Positions 1-11,723 of a DNA stretch of 64,000 nucleotides are shown piece after piece; position 1 is the first letter of the stretch, and every line of letters starts with the position of its first letter. The DNA is from Candidatus Krumholzibacteriota bacterium (GTDB lineage: Bacteria > Krumholzibacteriota > Krumholzibacteriia > JAJRXK01), in assembly GCA_963727455.1 (NCBI GenBank), contig CAVSGG010000007.1, positions 32,001 to 96,000 on the forward strand. The letters are read 5' to 3'. The translations under genes and the position numbers were made by a program. Below the pieces are notes generated by a model. It saw only the letters and a list, made by a program, of their open reading frames with translations. It made no database searches and had not been told where the DNA came from.

Positions 1-354
1 ATTTTCTTCTCGTACTTCTACACCGCGGTCGTGCTGAATCCCGTCGATCTCGCGGACAACATGAAGAAGTACGGCGGCTTCATTCCCGGAATTCGCCCGG
101 GGAAGAGGACCGCAGAATACATCGACCGGGTACTCACGCGTGTGACTTTGCCCGGTTCGATTTTCTTGGCCGTGATCGCCGTATTGCCGGACATTTTGAT
201 CCGTCAGGCGAACGTGCCCTTCTATTTCGGCGGTACCGGGCTTCTGATCGTCGTGGGCGTGACTCTGGATACTTTGCAGCAGATCGAGAGCCACCTTCTC
301 ATGCGCCACTATGACGGGTTCATGAAGAAGGGGAAGCTGCGGGGACGGCGATAG
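1..354 (+). CDS. secY: Preprotein translocase SecY, C-terminal part (5' truncated by window)
   Basis: [10 protein letters not shown]...[17 protein letters not shown]...[12 protein letters not shown] motifs; upstream of adk. Confidence 0.97.
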   Translation: MFFSYFYTAVVLNPVDLADNMKKYGGFIPGIRPGKRTAEYIDRVLTRVTLPGSIFLAVIAVLPDILIRQANVPFYFGGTGLLIVVGVTLDTLQQIESHLLMRHYDGFMKKGKLRGRR

Positions 355-362
355 GAAGAAGA

Positions 363-943
363 ATGGCCAAACGAGTGCTCATCATGGGCCCTCCGGGGTC
401 CGGCAAGGGAACTCAGGCTGCCAAGATTTGCGCGAAGCGGGGTCTGGATCACGTCTCCACGGGAGACATTCTCCGCGAAGCGATGAGGGCCGGCAGCGAG
501 ATCGGTCGCAAGGTCAAGGCGGTCGTAGATAGCGGGAATCTGGTCGGCGACGAGCTCATGTGCGAGCTGGTCAAGGATCGTCTCGCCGAGGAGCGAGCCC
601 AGCCTGGATTCATGCTGGACGGCTTCCCGAGGACGGTTCCACAAGCCGAGGCCCTTCTGAGCATGCTCGGTAAGGGCGGGATCGAAGCGGTCCTTCTGCT
701 GAGGGTGCCCGAAGAGGAAATTGTCGAGCGCCTGCTGGCCGAGAGGCCGTACGGACGATACGAGAGAGACCATCCGACATCGGTTGGAGGTCTACGAGAA
801 GGAGACTGAGCCCGTTCTGCGTTATCTGGAAAGCCAGGGCGTGGACATCGTCGTCATCGACGGTCATGGGTTCGGTCGAGCTAATAGCGGAACGGATCGA
901 AAGTGTCTTGGACGCAGTCAATCAATCTGAAGAGCCCGCGTGA
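363..943 (+). CDS. adk: Adenylate kinase, short-LID type; apparent frameshifts near 740 and 870
   Basis: GPPGSGKGTQA P-loop, STGDILR, LDGFPRT; continues as RGRTDD...RLEVY in another frame, then SVELIAERIESVL to TGA at 941-943. Confidence 0.93.
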
Positions 944-1670
944 GATCGACCTCATGGCCGCTGCGGGTCGGAGCCTGGCGAAGGTCTTCCTGCGCCTGCG
1001 CGACGGTGAAGTGCGCGCGGGAGTCAAAACTCGCGATCTGGACACCAAGGTGGAGAAGTGGATTCGGGAGATGAACTGCGTGCCGTCATTCAAGGGCTAC
1101 CACGGGTATCCCGCCTCGGTCTGCATTTCGGTCAACGAGGAAGTCGTTCACGGAATCCCCGGTGATCGGATCATCGAGGACGGCGACATCGTGGGAATCG
1201 ACATCGGACTCATCCAGAACGGATGGCATGCCGACAGCGCCGAGACTTTCCAGGTCGGTGATGTCGGGCCCGAGTCCCGGGAGCTGTGCGAAACGACCCT
1301 GCAGGGGCTCCAGGCCGGCCTGGATGCCTGCGTGGCGGGGAACCGCATCGCCGACATCGGTCGCGCGGTCGAGAAGCACGCCAAGGAAAAAGGATACGGT
1401 GTGGTGGAACAACTCGTCGGGCATGGAATCGGAACCTCGCTTCATGAGGATCCACAGGTGCCCAACTACGAGTGCATGACGATGCCGAATCCCAAGCTCG
1501 AGGTGGGTTTGGTGCTCGCGATCGAGCCCATGTTCAATTTGGGAGGCAAGGAAGTCCTGACGCTCCCCGACGAATGGACCGTGATCACGGCTGACCGCAA
1601 GAGATCAGCTCATTACGAGCACACGGTAGCGATCACGGAGGAAGGCCCGAAAGTACTGACGGCCCGGTAG
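903..1670 (+). CDS. map: Methionine aminopeptidase type I
   Basis: CISVNEEVVHGIP, GHGIGTSLHEDP, AIEPM, SAHYEHTV motifs. Confidence 0.97.
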   Translation: MSWTQSINLKSPREIDLMAAAGRSLAKVFLRLRDGEVRAGVKTRDLDTKVEKWIREMNCVPSFKGYHGYPASVCISVNEEVVHGIPGDRIIEDGDIVGIDIGLIQNGWHADSAETFQVGDVGPESRELCETTLQGLQAGLDACVAGNRIADIGRAVEKHAKEKGYGVVEQLVGHGIGTSLHEDPQVPNYECMTMPNPKLEVGLVLAIEPMFNLGGKEVLTLPDEWTVITADRKRSAHYEHTVAITEEGPKVLTAR

Positions 1671-1702
1671 GGTCGCGGGGGCCGAAGGAAACGTAGAAGC
1701 AT

Positions 1703-1921
1703 ATGGCCAAAGAGGAATCAATTTCAGTCGAAGGAACGGTGGTCGAGGCTCTGCCCAACGCCATGTTCCGTGTCGAGCTCGAGAACAAGCATGTGGTATT
1801 GGCCCACGTATCGGGGAAGATGCGCATGCATTTCATCCGGATTCTGCCGGGGGACAAAGTCACGCTGGAGCTTTCTCCGTATGACCTGACCCGCGGACGA
1901 ATCGTGTACCGCTACAAGTGA
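1703..1921 (+). CDS. infA: Translation initiation factor IF-1
   Basis: [24 protein letters not shown]...[13 protein letters not shown]. Confidence 0.98.
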   Translation: MAKEESISVEGTVVEALPNAMFRVELENKHVVLAHVSGKMRMHFIRILPGDKVTLELSPYDLTRGRIVYRYK

Positions 1922-1929
1922 GGGATGCA

Positions 1930-2043
1930 ATGAAGGTGCGCGCGTCCGTCAAGAAAATCTGTGACAAGTGCAAGATCATCCGACGCAATGGCAAGATACG
2001 GGTGATCTGTGAGAACCGCCGCCATAAGCAGCGGCAGGGCTAG
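1930..2043 (+). CDS. rpmJ: 50S ribosomal protein L36 (absent from ORF track)
   Basis: Manual translation [37 protein letters not shown]. Confidence 0.97.
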   Translation: MKVRASVKKICDKCKIIRRNGKIRVICENRRHKQRQG

Positions 2044-2101
2044 CTCGAGCTAGCGAGGAGAGCTACCGCGCCGAGAATGGCGCGCGGAAAGGAGCCATGA
2101 G

Positions 2102-2470
2102 GTGGCACGCATTGCCGGAGTCGACATTCCCAACGAGAAGCGGATCGTGACCTCGTTGACGTACATCTACGGGATCGGACCGAGCCGCGCTCGCAAAATC
2201 TGCGAGAAGTGCCAGGTCGACACCGAGGTGAAGACAAAGGATCTCTCGGAGGAGCAATCCAAGCTCATCCGGAATCTCATCGAGAAGGACTATCAGGTCG
2301 AGGGTGCGTTGCGGGCGGAAGTCTCGATGAACATCCAGCGTCTCGAGGACATCGGATGCTATCGAGGTTTGCGCCACCGCCGTCATCTGCCGGCCCGGGG
2401 CCAGAATACCAAGAACAACGCTCGCACCCGCAAGGGGCCCAAGTCCCGGCCGGGCGCCAAGAAGAGCTAG
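2102..2470 (+). CDS. rpsM: 30S ribosomal protein S13
   Basis: [10 protein letters not shown]...YIYGIG...[26 protein letters not shown]. Confidence 0.98.
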   Translation: MARIAGVDIPNEKRIVTSLTYIYGIGPSRARKICEKCQVDTEVKTKDLSEEQSKLIRNLIEKDYQVEGALRAEVSMNIQRLEDIGCYRGLRHRRHLPARGQNTKNNARTRKGPKSRPGAKKS

Positions 2471-2527
2471 CGTGTAAGCGTCAGGAAACCCAACTCGCCC
2501 CTGAACCGGGACTCGTTAGGAGGAAGC

Positions 2528-2914
2528 GTGGTTGCCAAGAAGGGCAAGAGCAGAAAAGTAAAGAAGAAGGTAGACGCGTTTGGTGTTGCCCACGTGAAGT
2601 CGAGTTTCAACAACACGATTATCACCATTACCGACACCAATGGAAACGTCGTCGCCTGGAACAGCGGTGGCAAAGTGGGGAACAAGGGTTCCCGCAAGAG
2701 CACCGCCTACGCCGCGCAGATGGCGGCGCGCCAGTGCGCCGATGAAGTGCAGCAGATGGGTATGAAGAAGATCGAGATCTGGGTGAAGGGGCCGGGTAGC
2801 GGACGCGAGGCCGCGATCCGCAGCCTCAAGTCTTCCGGCCTCGAGGTTGCCCGGATCAAGGATGTGACCGCGGTGCCACACAACGGCACGCGTCAACCAC
2901 GCAGACGTCGGTAA
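2528..2914 (+). CDS. rpsK: 30S ribosomal protein S11
   Basis: [44 protein letters not shown]. Confidence 0.98.
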   Translation: MVAKKGKSRKVKKKVDAFGVAHVKSSFNNTIITITDTNGNVVAWNSGGKVGNKGSRKSTAYAAQMAARQCADEVQQMGMKKIEIWVKGPGSGREAAIRSLKSSGLEVARIKDVTAVPHNGTRQPRRRR

Positions 2915-2976
2915 GGACAGGATCATCATTCTCATTGTCGTTCCCATCAGGGGGCGGCCGGAGGTAGTACGGACAG

Positions 2977-3609
2977 ATGGCACGGTATCTCGATCCGAAG
3001 TGTAAGCTCTGTCGCCGCGAGGGCATGCAACTGTTCCTCAAGGGCGAACGCTGCTTCAGCGACAAGTGCGCAGTGGAGAAGCGCCCCTACGGGCCCGGCG
3101 AGCACGGTCGTCGCCGGCAAAGCAAGCCCTCGGAGTACAAGCTCCAGCTTCGTGAGAAGCAAAAGGTGCGTTCGATCTACGGAGTGCTCGAGCGGCAATT
3201 CCGCAGGAACTTCGCGGAAGCCACGCGACGGCGCGGCGAAACGGGTGGCAATCTCTTCAACATTCTGGAGGCGCGCCTGGACAACGTCGTCTACCGCATC
3301 GGTCTCGCTCCGAGCCGCAATGCCGCTCGCCAGCTCGTGAATCACAACCACGTTCTCGTGGATGGCAAGCGAGTCAACATCGCGAGCGCACCGGTCGGCG
3401 TGGGTCAGCGGGTGTCGATCCGACAAAGGAGCCGGAACATGCCGGTGGTCGTGGAATCGATCAAGTCGGCGAGCCGCCGCACTCCGCTGCCGTTCGCGGA
3501 GCTCGATGCCGCTTCGTTCAGCGGACAGCTCCTGCGGGAGCCCACGAAGGGCGATCTGCCGATCCCCATTCAGGAAAACCTGATCATCGAGCTCTATTCG
3601 AAGGTCTGA
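2977..3609 (+). CDS. rpsD: 30S ribosomal protein S4 (Cys-containing form)
   Basis: CKLCRREG...QLREKQK...LEARLDNVVYR...IIELYSK. Confidence 0.98.
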   Translation: MARYLDPKCKLCRREGMQLFLKGERCFSDKCAVEKRPYGPGEHGRRRQSKPSEYKLQLREKQKVRSIYGVLERQFRRNFAEATRRRGETGGNLFNILEARLDNVVYRIGLAPSRNAARQLVNHNHVLVDGKRVNIASAPVGVGQRVSIRQRSRNMPVVVESIKSASRRTPLPFAELDAASFSGQLLREPTKGDLPIPIQENLIIELYSKV

Positions 3610-3667
3610 TGCGCAAGAAGCCGAGCGACGATAGCCCACTAGCCCACCAAGGAAGAGGGATGCGAGC

Positions 3668-4681
3668 ATGAAGTGGAAAAATCTCCTGATGCCCAAAGGC
3701 ATTGATCCCGAGCTGAGCAAGATCGAAGGGAACAAAGCCCAGTTGGTGATTCAGCCTCTCGAGCGAGGCTTTGGTATGACCATCGGGAACGCATTCAGGC
3801 GCACGCTTTTGGCCGCCATTCAGGGCGCCGCGGTGACCGCAATAAAAATCGAGGGAGTGCGCCACGAGCTAAGCATCATCTCCGGCGTGATCGAGGACGT
3901 GACGGACATCCTGCTGAACTTCAAGCAGGTCGTGTTCAAGTTCGACCGGGACGAACCGTGCTGGATGAGCCTCGAGGCGGACCAGGAAGGCACCGTTACC
4001 GCGGGGATGATCAACTGCGCCACTGGCGTGAGCGTGGTCAACCCCGATCAGGTCATCTGCACTCTGGCCGAGGGCGGCGTGTTCAAGGCACAAATCTACG
4101 TGGATTACGGGCGCGGTTACGTCGATCGTGAAGAGACCGAGGTTCCCGATGATTCCATTGGCGTGATGAAGTTGGACGCGAGCTTTTCACCTTTGGTCAA
4201 GGTAGCCTATCGGGTGGAAGACACCCGCGTCGGGCAACGCACTGACTACGATCGTCTTATCCTCGAGATCGAGACGGACGGCAGCGTGACGCCCGAGGAT
4301 GCCCTGGCCTTCTCGGCCAAGATCCTCAAGGATCACATGCAGCTCTTCATCAATTTCGACGAAGAGCCGATCGATCAACCTCAGAGCGAGGTGGACGAGG
4401 ATACCGAGAAGTTGGCCGAGATGCTCAAGCGCAGCGTGGACGAGCTGGAGCTCTCCGTCAGGTCGGCCAACTGCCTCAAGGCGGGCCACATCGACTCCAT
4501 TTTCGATCTGGTGACCCGTTCGGAGAGCGAAATGCTCAAGTTTCGCAATTTCGGCCGCAAGAGTCTCAACGAGATCGGGGAGATCTTGGAGGGAATGGGA
4601 TTGCGGTTCGGGATGAGTTTCGAAGACGATGTCGTCCGTCTGGTCAAAGGCGAGAACGAAGCGGCGTCGGTCGCCTCCTAG
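3668..4681 (+). CDS. rpoA: RNA polymerase alpha subunit
   Basis: PLERGFGMTIGNAFRR, RVGQRTDYDRL, LELSVRSANCL, NFGRKSLNEI. Confidence 0.98.
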   Translation: MKWKNLLMPKGIDPELSKIEGNKAQLVIQPLERGFGMTIGNAFRRTLLAAIQGAAVTAIKIEGVRHELSIISGVIEDVTDILLNFKQVVFKFDRDEPCWMSLEADQEGTVTAGMINCATGVSVVNPDQVICTLAEGGVFKAQIYVDYGRGYVDREETEVPDDSIGVMKLDASFSPLVKVAYRVEDTRVGQRTDYDRLILEIETDGSVTPEDALAFSAKILKDHMQLFINFDEEPIDQPQSEVDEDTEKLAEMLKRSVDELELSVRSANCLKAGHIDSIFDLVTRSESEMLKFRNFGRKSLNEIGEILEGMGLRFGMSFEDDVVRLVKGENEAASVAS

Positions 4682-4708
4682 GAATTTCAGGCGCAAGGAA
4701 GAACGGCA

Positions 4709-5347
4709 ATGCGACACAGAGTTGACGGGCGGAAACTGGGGATCGATGCCACTCACCGCAAGGCGATGTATCGGAATCTGGTGATCGCTCTCATCACGCA
4801 CGAGAGAATCAAGACGACCACGCCGCGAGCCAAAGAAGCCCGCCGCCTGGCCGAGCGCATGATCACTTTCGCCAAGCGGGGTGACCTTCACGCGCGCCGG
4901 CACGTCGCCAGCATTCTCAACGACAAGAACGCGGTGCGGAAGCTCTTCGACGAGCTGGGACCGCGTTACGCGGATCGTCCTGGCGGATTCACCAGGGTGC
5001 TGAAGCTTTCCGGCGTGCGCAAAGGCGACGCAGCCGAAATGGCGCTGCTGGAGTTCGTGAAGGACGGCGAGCGGCCCAAGAAGAAGCGAGCCAGCAGCAA
5101 GACGGTCGTCAAAGCTGGCAAGTCAAAGCGGGGCAAAGCCCAGGACAAGACCGCCGCCAAGGCCAAGAGCAAGACCAAGTCCAAGGCGAAGAGCAAGAAG
5201 GAAGAGGCGGAGCCGGTGGAAGCGCACCCAGCGGAGGAGCCCGTGGAGAGCGAGAAGCTAGCCGAGGCAGCCGAGACCGCGGAAGTCGTCGAAGACGACG
5301 ATGCAGCGACCGGGGCGGAGTCCAGCGACGACACCAAGGACGCCTAG
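4709..5347 (+). CDS. rplQ: 50S ribosomal protein L17 with long Lys-rich then acidic C-terminal tail
   Basis: MRHRVDGRKLG...HERIKTT...RPGGFTRVLK; follows rpoA. Confidence 0.97.
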   Translation: MRHRVDGRKLGIDATHRKAMYRNLVIALITHERIKTTTPRAKEARRLAERMITFAKRGDLHARRHVASILNDKNAVRKLFDELGPRYADRPGGFTRVLKLSGVRKGDAAEMALLEFVKDGERPKKKRASSKTVVKAGKSKRGKAQDKTAAKAKSKTKSKAKSKKEEAEPVEAHPAEEPVESEKLAEAAETAEVVEDDDAATGAESSDDTKDA

Positions 5348-5376
5348 CCCTGCATTGGCCGTTCATGCTATAGAGT

Positions 5377-5411
5377 AGGGGGCGTCCGTGGGCGCCCCCT
5401 CGTCGCGTTTT
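5377..5411 (+). terminator. Probable intrinsic terminator of alpha operon
   Basis: Inverted repeat AGGGGGCGTC/GGCGCCCCCT; the T-run is displaced a few bases downstream. Confidence 0.5.
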
Positions 5412-5421
5412 GGAGGACCAC

Positions 5422-6144
5422 ATGGCGAAAGCGAATAGTCAGCCGCTGCCTTGGTTGGTCGCAGCCAGCCGTCTGGCGCCCTCGACCCACCGGCGACTCT
5501 TCTGGCTCTTCATCTTCGCCGTCGCGATGGCCCAGCTCGAAGCTTCGGTGGTGGTGTATCTGCGCGCCCTCTACTATCCCGCGGGTTTCGCATTTCCCAT
5601 CAAGGTGATTCCCGGCCACATCGCCTGGGTGGAGATCGCGCGCGAGTCGGCCACGTTGATCATGATCCTCTCTGTCGCGTGGCTCACCACGCGCGACCCC
5701 TGGCGTCGCTTTGCTGCCTTTCTTTTCGTCTTCGGAATCTGGGACATTTTCTATTATGCGTGGTTGTGGGTGATGCTGGCCTGGCCGCCGAGTTTTTTCA
5801 CCGAGGACATCCTCTTTCTCACTCCCATGCCCTGGGTGGGACCGGTATGGGCGCCGCTCTTGATCTCGTGTTGTATGGTGATTTCATCGGTGACGATCTT
5901 CAGCCTGCGGGACCGCTACCGCAAAATCCGTGTCCACCGTTGGGAGTGGACCGTGGTCTTGCTCTCGGCCATGAGCCTGGTGGGGATCTTCATGTGGCCA
6001 GCCTCCACGGTCCTGGATGGGGGGATGCCGCCGGGCTTCCCCTGGCTGCTCTTTCTCCTCGTCCTGGCTCCCGCGGTCACGGTCTGCGTGAGGACCTGGA
6101 ACCGGGCGGAACGGCCGCGGCACCCTTCACGACTCTTTCCGTAG
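5422..6144 (+). CDS. Integral membrane protein of unknown function
   Basis: GGAGG RBS; ~6 hydrophobic segments; EASVVVYLR, EIARESATL, GIWDIFYY, PWVGPVWAP. Confidence 0.75.
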   Translation: MAKANSQPLPWLVAASRLAPSTHRRLFWLFIFAVAMAQLEASVVVYLRALYYPAGFAFPIKVIPGHIAWVEIARESATLIMILSVAWLTTRDPWRRFAAFLFVFGIWDIFYYAWLWVMLAWPPSFFTEDILFLTPMPWVGPVWAPLLISCCMVISSVTIFSLRDRYRKIRVHRWEWTVVLLSAMSLVGIFMWPASTVLDGGMPPGFPWLLFLLVLAPAVTVCVRTWNRAERPRHPSRLFP

Positions 6145-6173
6145 AGCTTCAGCTCTGAAACTCTTGCAATTGG

Positions 6174-7374
6174 ATGGGAGAGTTTCGCGTGCAGATTCCC
6201 GCGATCGATTACCTGCGCTGGATCCGCCAGCCCTCGACCCACGAGGGCGTCCGCTATTCCTTCGTGCTCAGCGGAATGAGCCCTCCTGATGGCGAATTTC
6301 TGCGCGGCATCCCGCCCGAAGAACTGATCTGCGGGTTCGGGGTCGATCATCCATTGCTGGCCCATCGGATCGCAGCCGATCTGGGTCGCTCTTCCGAGGA
6401 AGTCGTGGTGCAGCCCGGTAGCCACTGGAACCTCGTTTTGGCGGTTGCGGCGCGCTTGGATCAACGTAGGGGACCGGTGATCGTGGAGGAGCCGGCCTAC
6501 GAACCGCTGCGGCGCATCCCGGGCGTCATGGGAGTTGAGATCTTACGCCTGCCGCGCCGTCTGGCCGACGGCAGGATGAAACTGGACCTGCAGCACCTCG
6601 CGGCGCTGGCGGAACGCTCTCCTAGCCTCCTCGTGCTCTCGCATCCCCACAATCCCACCATGTCCAGTCTCTCGCTCAGGGAAATGGAAGAGCTGGCCGC
6701 CTGGTCGCGGACCAGCGGCTGTGCTGTTCTCAGCGACGAGGTCTACCTGGAGTTTCTGCCCGACGAAACGCGGCACAGTCTGCACGAGGTCTTGCCCGAA
6801 GCGGCTGTCATCCGTTCCTTCACCAAGGTCATGGGGCTCGGCTCGATCCGGTGCAGCGTCCTGATCTGTGATCGCAAGTGGAGCGCGGGAGCACTCAAGC
6901 TCAGCGATTACGGACCTGCATTCTTGCCGATGCCATCCCAAGCCATGGCCCTGAGGGCTTGGGAGCAGCGCGAATGCTTTGTACGCGAGGGCCAGGGAAC
7001 TCGCGCAACGGCGGCGCCCTCTGTTGAGAGCCTGGGCCGAAGAGCTGCGGGCCCTTCTGGCCGTCGATCTCGCGGACGCGGGCATCATCACCTTTTGCCG
7101 CCTGCTACCCGCGGCGGCGCGGGCTGCAGCCGAAAGGGCGCGAGCAAGGGGCGTGAGCGGGCCCTTCGGCTATGGCCTCGACGGTGATCCGAATTCTACC
7201 ATCTGGTGGATCGAGGATCTGAAGCGGCGGCACGGGGTGCTCCTCACTCCCGGCGCGTTCTTCGAGGACCCGGCCGGCTTTCGCCTGGGATTCGGAGTCG
7301 AAGAAGAGACCCTGGTGGAAGGTCTGAAGATCCTCTCCACCTACCTCCACGAGGCGACCCGAGCCGCTTCGTGA
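6174..7374 (+). CDS. PLP-dependent aminotransferase class I/II; frameshift near 6975
   Basis: EEPAY, HPHNPT, SDEVY, SFTK (PLP lysine); PGAFF...FRLGFG in second frame. Confidence 0.85.
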
Positions 7375-7380
7375 GCGTGC

Positions 7381-7409
7381 TTGCACGCTGGCAAACACTG
7401 GCCTAAGGT
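7381..7409 (+). promoter_or_regulatory. Possible sigma70-type promoter of fabH
   Basis: TTGCAC-N17-TAAGGT upstream of GGAGG RBS and ATG 7441. Confidence 0.3.
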
Positions 7410-7440
7410 CACGAATCGCACCAACCCACCCGGAGGGGTC

Positions 7441-8476
7441 ATGACGCAGTCGACAAAGGCAACGGTCAACGTGGGAATCACGGGAGTGGGTCTCTATCTC
7501 CCGGAGCGAATTCTCACCAACCAGCGATCTGGAGAAGATGGTCGATACCGACGACCAGTGGATCGTGGAGCGTACGGGAATCAAGGAGCGCCACCTCGTG
7601 GAGAAGGGGACGCCCGCCAGCGACTTGGGCGCGCCCGCTGCGCTGCAGGCGCTCGAGATGGCCGGGGTCGATCCACTCGATGTGGGCTGCATCATCGTCG
7701 CCACCGTGACTCCCGACATGATCTTCCCTTCGACGGCCTGTATCCTCCAGGAGAAAATCGGCGCCAAGAATGCCTGGGCCTTCGATCTTTTGGGGGCCTG
7801 CAGCGGATATCTGTATTCCCTCGCCCTTGCGGATAGTCTGGTGCGCTCGGGTACGCACGACACGGTTCTCGTGGTGGGGGCGGAGATCATGTCGACCATC
7901 ACCAACTGGCAGGATCGCAATACCTGCATCCTCTTCGGCGACGCGGGAGCCGCCACCGTCATCCAGCGCTTGCCCGATGACACCGAAGGCATCTTGGCCT
8001 GGGAGAACGGTGCCGACGGTACGGGGGCGCAATACCTCTACATGAAGGGGGGCGGAAGCCTCCATCCGGCCTCTCACGAGACAGTCGAGGCCGGAATGCA
8101 CTATTTGTGGCAGGACGGAAAGGCTGTGTTCAAGGTCGCGGTGGAGGGAATCACCAAGATCAGCCAGAGGGTCCTCGACAAGGCGGGGCTCAAGAGCGAG
8201 GAGATCGACCTCTTCATCCCGCACCAGGCCAATCTGCGCATCATGGATTTCGCTCGCCGCAAGCTGCACCTGCCGCCCGAGCGCATGATGGTGACCATCG
8301 ATCGACTCGGAAACACCACCTCCGCCACCATTCCCGGTGCCCTCCGTATGGCGCACGACGAGAAGAAAATCAAGTCCGGTGACACCCTGCTCTTCGCCAC
8401 TTTCGGCGCCGGCTACACGTGGGGCGCTGCCGCACTTCGCTGGACGCCCGGGGGAGGGGTAACGACCCGGGCATGA
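7441..8476 (+). CDS. fabH: 3-oxoacyl-ACP synthase III; frameshift near 7525
   Basis: WIVERTGIKER, ACSG (catalytic Cys), LFGDAG, PHQANLRI, GNTTSATIP, FGAGYTW. Confidence 0.93.
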
Positions 8477-9437
8477 TCGAGGTCAGCGATCTCACCCATC
8501 GCTACGGTTCTCTTCTCGCGGTAGACGAGCTCAGCTTCACCGTACGCGAGGGAGAGGTCTTGGGACTGCTCGGTCCCAATGGAGCGGGCAAGAGTACGGC
8601 TCTGCGTGCCACGGTAGGTTTGCTCACCCCCAGCGCCGGTCGCATCAAGATCGGTGGACACGACATCGCTCAGGAGCCACTGGCTGCGCGTCGCTTGCTC
8701 GGTTTTCTTCCCGAAGCCGTGGCTCTCTACCCTGAATTGAAGGTACGGGAATTTTTGCGCTCGGTGGCGCGCTTGAAGGGCGTGGCGAGGGCCCGCGAGG
8801 AGGACGAACTACAACGAGTTTTCGAGCTCTGCGCGTTGCAGCCGGTCGCGAACCGGCTCATTGGGTTTTGCTCGAGAGGTTACCGGCAACGGATCGGATT
8901 GGCCCAGGCTCTCATCGGCGATCCGCCGGCACTCGTTCTCGACGAGCCCACGGTGGGCTTGGACCCGGGCCAGATCGTGGAAATCCGCGAACGCATCGCA
9001 GACACTGGCCCACGAGAAGGCCGTGATCCTCTCGACACACATCATTCCCGAGGCGCGGCGGCTCTGTACCCGGGTGCTCATTCTGAATCATGGACGATGC
9101 ATGGCGGAGGACGAGCCCACGCGTGCTCGAGCAGAGCCTCCACGGCGGCAACGCAGTGCGTTTGGTACTCGACCAGGTCGCGAGCGAAGAGACGGTCGAG
9201 GAGGCCAAGCGGCTTCTCACCCGTCTGGACTTCGTGCGCGCTTTCGAAACAAGGGAGAGCCAAAGAGCTCAGTGCACCTTCTCGGTGGAGTTGGAGCACC
9301 CTTCCTCCGCCGCGCGCTTGGTCGACGTACTCGTGCGTTCGGGCTTCAGGGTGTGCGAACTCACGCCGGAGAATCTGGGGCTGGAGGAAGTGTTTCTTCG
9401 CTTGGTGCGCGAGGAGAAAGGGGCAGCGGCACGATGA
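8473..9437 (+). CDS. ABC transporter ATP-binding protein (GldA-like); frameshifts near 9000 and 9115
   Basis: GPNGAGKS, SRGYRQRIG, LDEPTVGLDP, ILSTH, C-terminal LEEVFLRL; ATGA overlap with fabH stop. Confidence 0.88.
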
Positions 9438-10202
9438 GGAACGCTGTTTCCTTGGCGCAGATGGAGCTGCGCCGCAATTTCCGGGGTCCGGTGGGATTTG
9501 CGGTGGCGGGACTCTTCCTGCTGGTCCATGGCATCTACTTCGTGTCCTTGCTGGAGAACTACGCGGGAGCGAGCCTCATGGCGATGAGCGCCGGTCAGAC
9601 CCCGGCCCGGCTCAATCTGGTGGACGCGGTGCTCCAGCCGCTCGCCAGCGGCGACACCTTTCTGCTCTTGTTGCTTCTGCCCGGATTGACCATGCGGCTC
9701 TTGTCGGAGGAATGGCGCAGTGGTACCAGCGAACTTCTCTTGAGCTACCCCTGCGCGATTTTGACATCATTTTGGGCAAGTATCTTGGCCGCGGCTGCCA
9801 TGCTCGCGGGTCTGCTCGTTTGAGTCTGTTGGCCCCCCTCTGCGCCTCTTTTTCGGGGCGGTGGAATACCCACCGTCTTCTCGCAGCTCTTGGGTCTGTT
9901 GCTCTTCGGTCTCTGCTGTTTGGCTCTCGGCACCGTCTTCTCCGCGATCACCGCGAACCAGATTCTCGCCTACGGTGCGACCGTTGTCGTGCTCTTCAGT
10001 TCCTGGTTCTTGGGATGGTGGAGCCACAACCTCTTCGGCGTTTGGGCTCGGGTCACCGGCTGGATGTCTCTGGCAACTCACTTCAATCCGACGAGCTATG
10101 GTCTCATCCAACTCAGTGACCTCGTCTATTTTTGTCGGAGTTACCGGGTTTCTTCTCTATTTGGCCACTTCGATTCTGAGCTCGCGCCGTTCGGGGGGGT
10201 GA
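9434..10202 (+). CDS. ABC-2 permease (GldF-like); several frameshifts
   Basis: LTMRLLSEEWRSGTSELLL motif, SAITANQILA, multiple TM segments across frames. Confidence 0.82.
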
Positions 10203-10203
10203 G

Positions 10204-11723
10204 GTGCACACGGTGAATGATTCGAGACGAAGGGAAGGGCCAAGAGTGCCGGCAGCTGGTTTCTCGGGGGACTCTTGTGGGTCGTCGCGCTGGGCCTGGC
10301 CGGCGTGCTCAGCACGCGCCACGATCTTCGCGTCGATCTCTCTTACGGCGCCCGGCGCAGTCTCTCGCCGGAGACCGTGCATCTTCTGCGGAAGCTCGAA
10401 CAGCCGGTGCATGCCTACGCTTTTTACGCGGATGATCCCACCGCGCGCGGGCAGATCCATCTCCTCTTGGAACGCTATCGGCAACAGTCGCAGAAATTCA
10501 GCTACGAGTTCGTCGATCCGGACCGGCGTCCCGAGCTGGCGGAAAAATATGGCGTCAGCCTGAACCGGACTCTGGTCCTGAGCAGTGGGGAATTGAAGCT
10601 TCGCGTCCGGGACGTCACCGAGTCCCGACTCAGTGGTGCTCTTTTGCGACTCATCAGCCACGACACTCCGCGCGTGCTCTTCGTCACCGGTCACGGTGAG
10701 GCCTCCATCGAGAACCAAGGGGGTCGCGGTCTGAGCAAACTCGCCGAATCGCTCGGTCAGCAGAACTTCCAGGTGGAGGCTTTCGATCTGCCGGGCAGCA
10801 AGGCCGTCCCGGAGGATGCGGATTTGGTGATCCTCGCCGCCCCAGAGGGAGAGCTTCGTCCGCGTGAACGAGACATCCTCGAGCGTTACATCTTGGGTGG
10901 AGGGAGTCTCTTTGCCCTTTTGGAACCCATGGGCTCGGCCAGCGCGGACACTCTGGTGAGCGACTTCGGGGTGCACGCCGATCTCGATTTCGTGATCGAT
11001 CAAAGTCCCGCCCAGAAGAATGTGACCAACGGAGCGAGTGACCGCATCGCCATGGCCAGCCACGCCAATCCCAAATTCGAAGGAACCAGGAGTTTCAACC
11101 ACGTCACGCTCTATCCCATCGCCCGTTCTCTGACCTCGGTTCAGCCACCGCCTCCCGGCGTAACCGTCACTCGCATCGTGGAGACCGCGAAAGAGGCCTA
11201 CGGCGAGACAACGCTCTCTCAATTGGGCGATCCCGGGGCACGTTTCGATCCGGGAAGGGATCTCAAGGGACCGCTGGCGCTGGGCTATGCGGTCGACGTC
11301 GATCTGCGCATTTTCTCTCTCGATTGGCGCGACCAGAGCAAGGGCATCGAGCAGACACTCATGGACATGCATCCCGAAGACTTCGACCAGCGCGGGGCGG
11401 GCGACACCACGAAGGTAGGAAGAGAAGAGCTGGTCCAAAGGCCCGCGCGCGCGGCCAAGCTGGTGGTGATGGGCGATGTAGATTTCGTGAACAATGCCAA
11501 CCTGCTGGCCTGGGGAAACGGCGATCTTTTCCTCGATCTTGTGCTCTGGTTGACCGAAAAGGAGAACCGAATCGCGATCGGTCCCGGGCCGGAGCTGTTC
11601 GAGCCGGTCCTGCTCACGATTCATCAGAGAACCTGGTTGCGCATCATCGGGATCGGCGTCGTGCCGGGGATCTTTCTGCTCCTGGCCCTTGGAGCGGTAT
11701 GGTGGCGAAGGAAGTGGGTATGA
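10204..11723 (+). CDS. GldG-family ABC auxiliary protein (start uncertain, probable frameshift near 10235)
   Basis: DLS...SLSPET, EFVDPD, FVTGHGE, VMGDVDF, N- and C-terminal TM helices. Confidence 0.85.

Noticed and set aside
730-880. Programmed frameshifting or pseudogenisation of adk
   Set aside because: Essential gene with two breaks, no slippery heptamer, and similar breaks in many unrelated neighbours.
2504-2516. 13-mer AACCGGGACTCGT shared with 15621-15633
   Set aside because: Matches of this length are expected by chance in 64 kb, and the contexts are unrelated.
8473-11723. Evidence for gliding motility
   Set aside because: GldAFG-like ABC modules are common in non-gliding bacteria, and no gldK-N or sprB genes are in the window.
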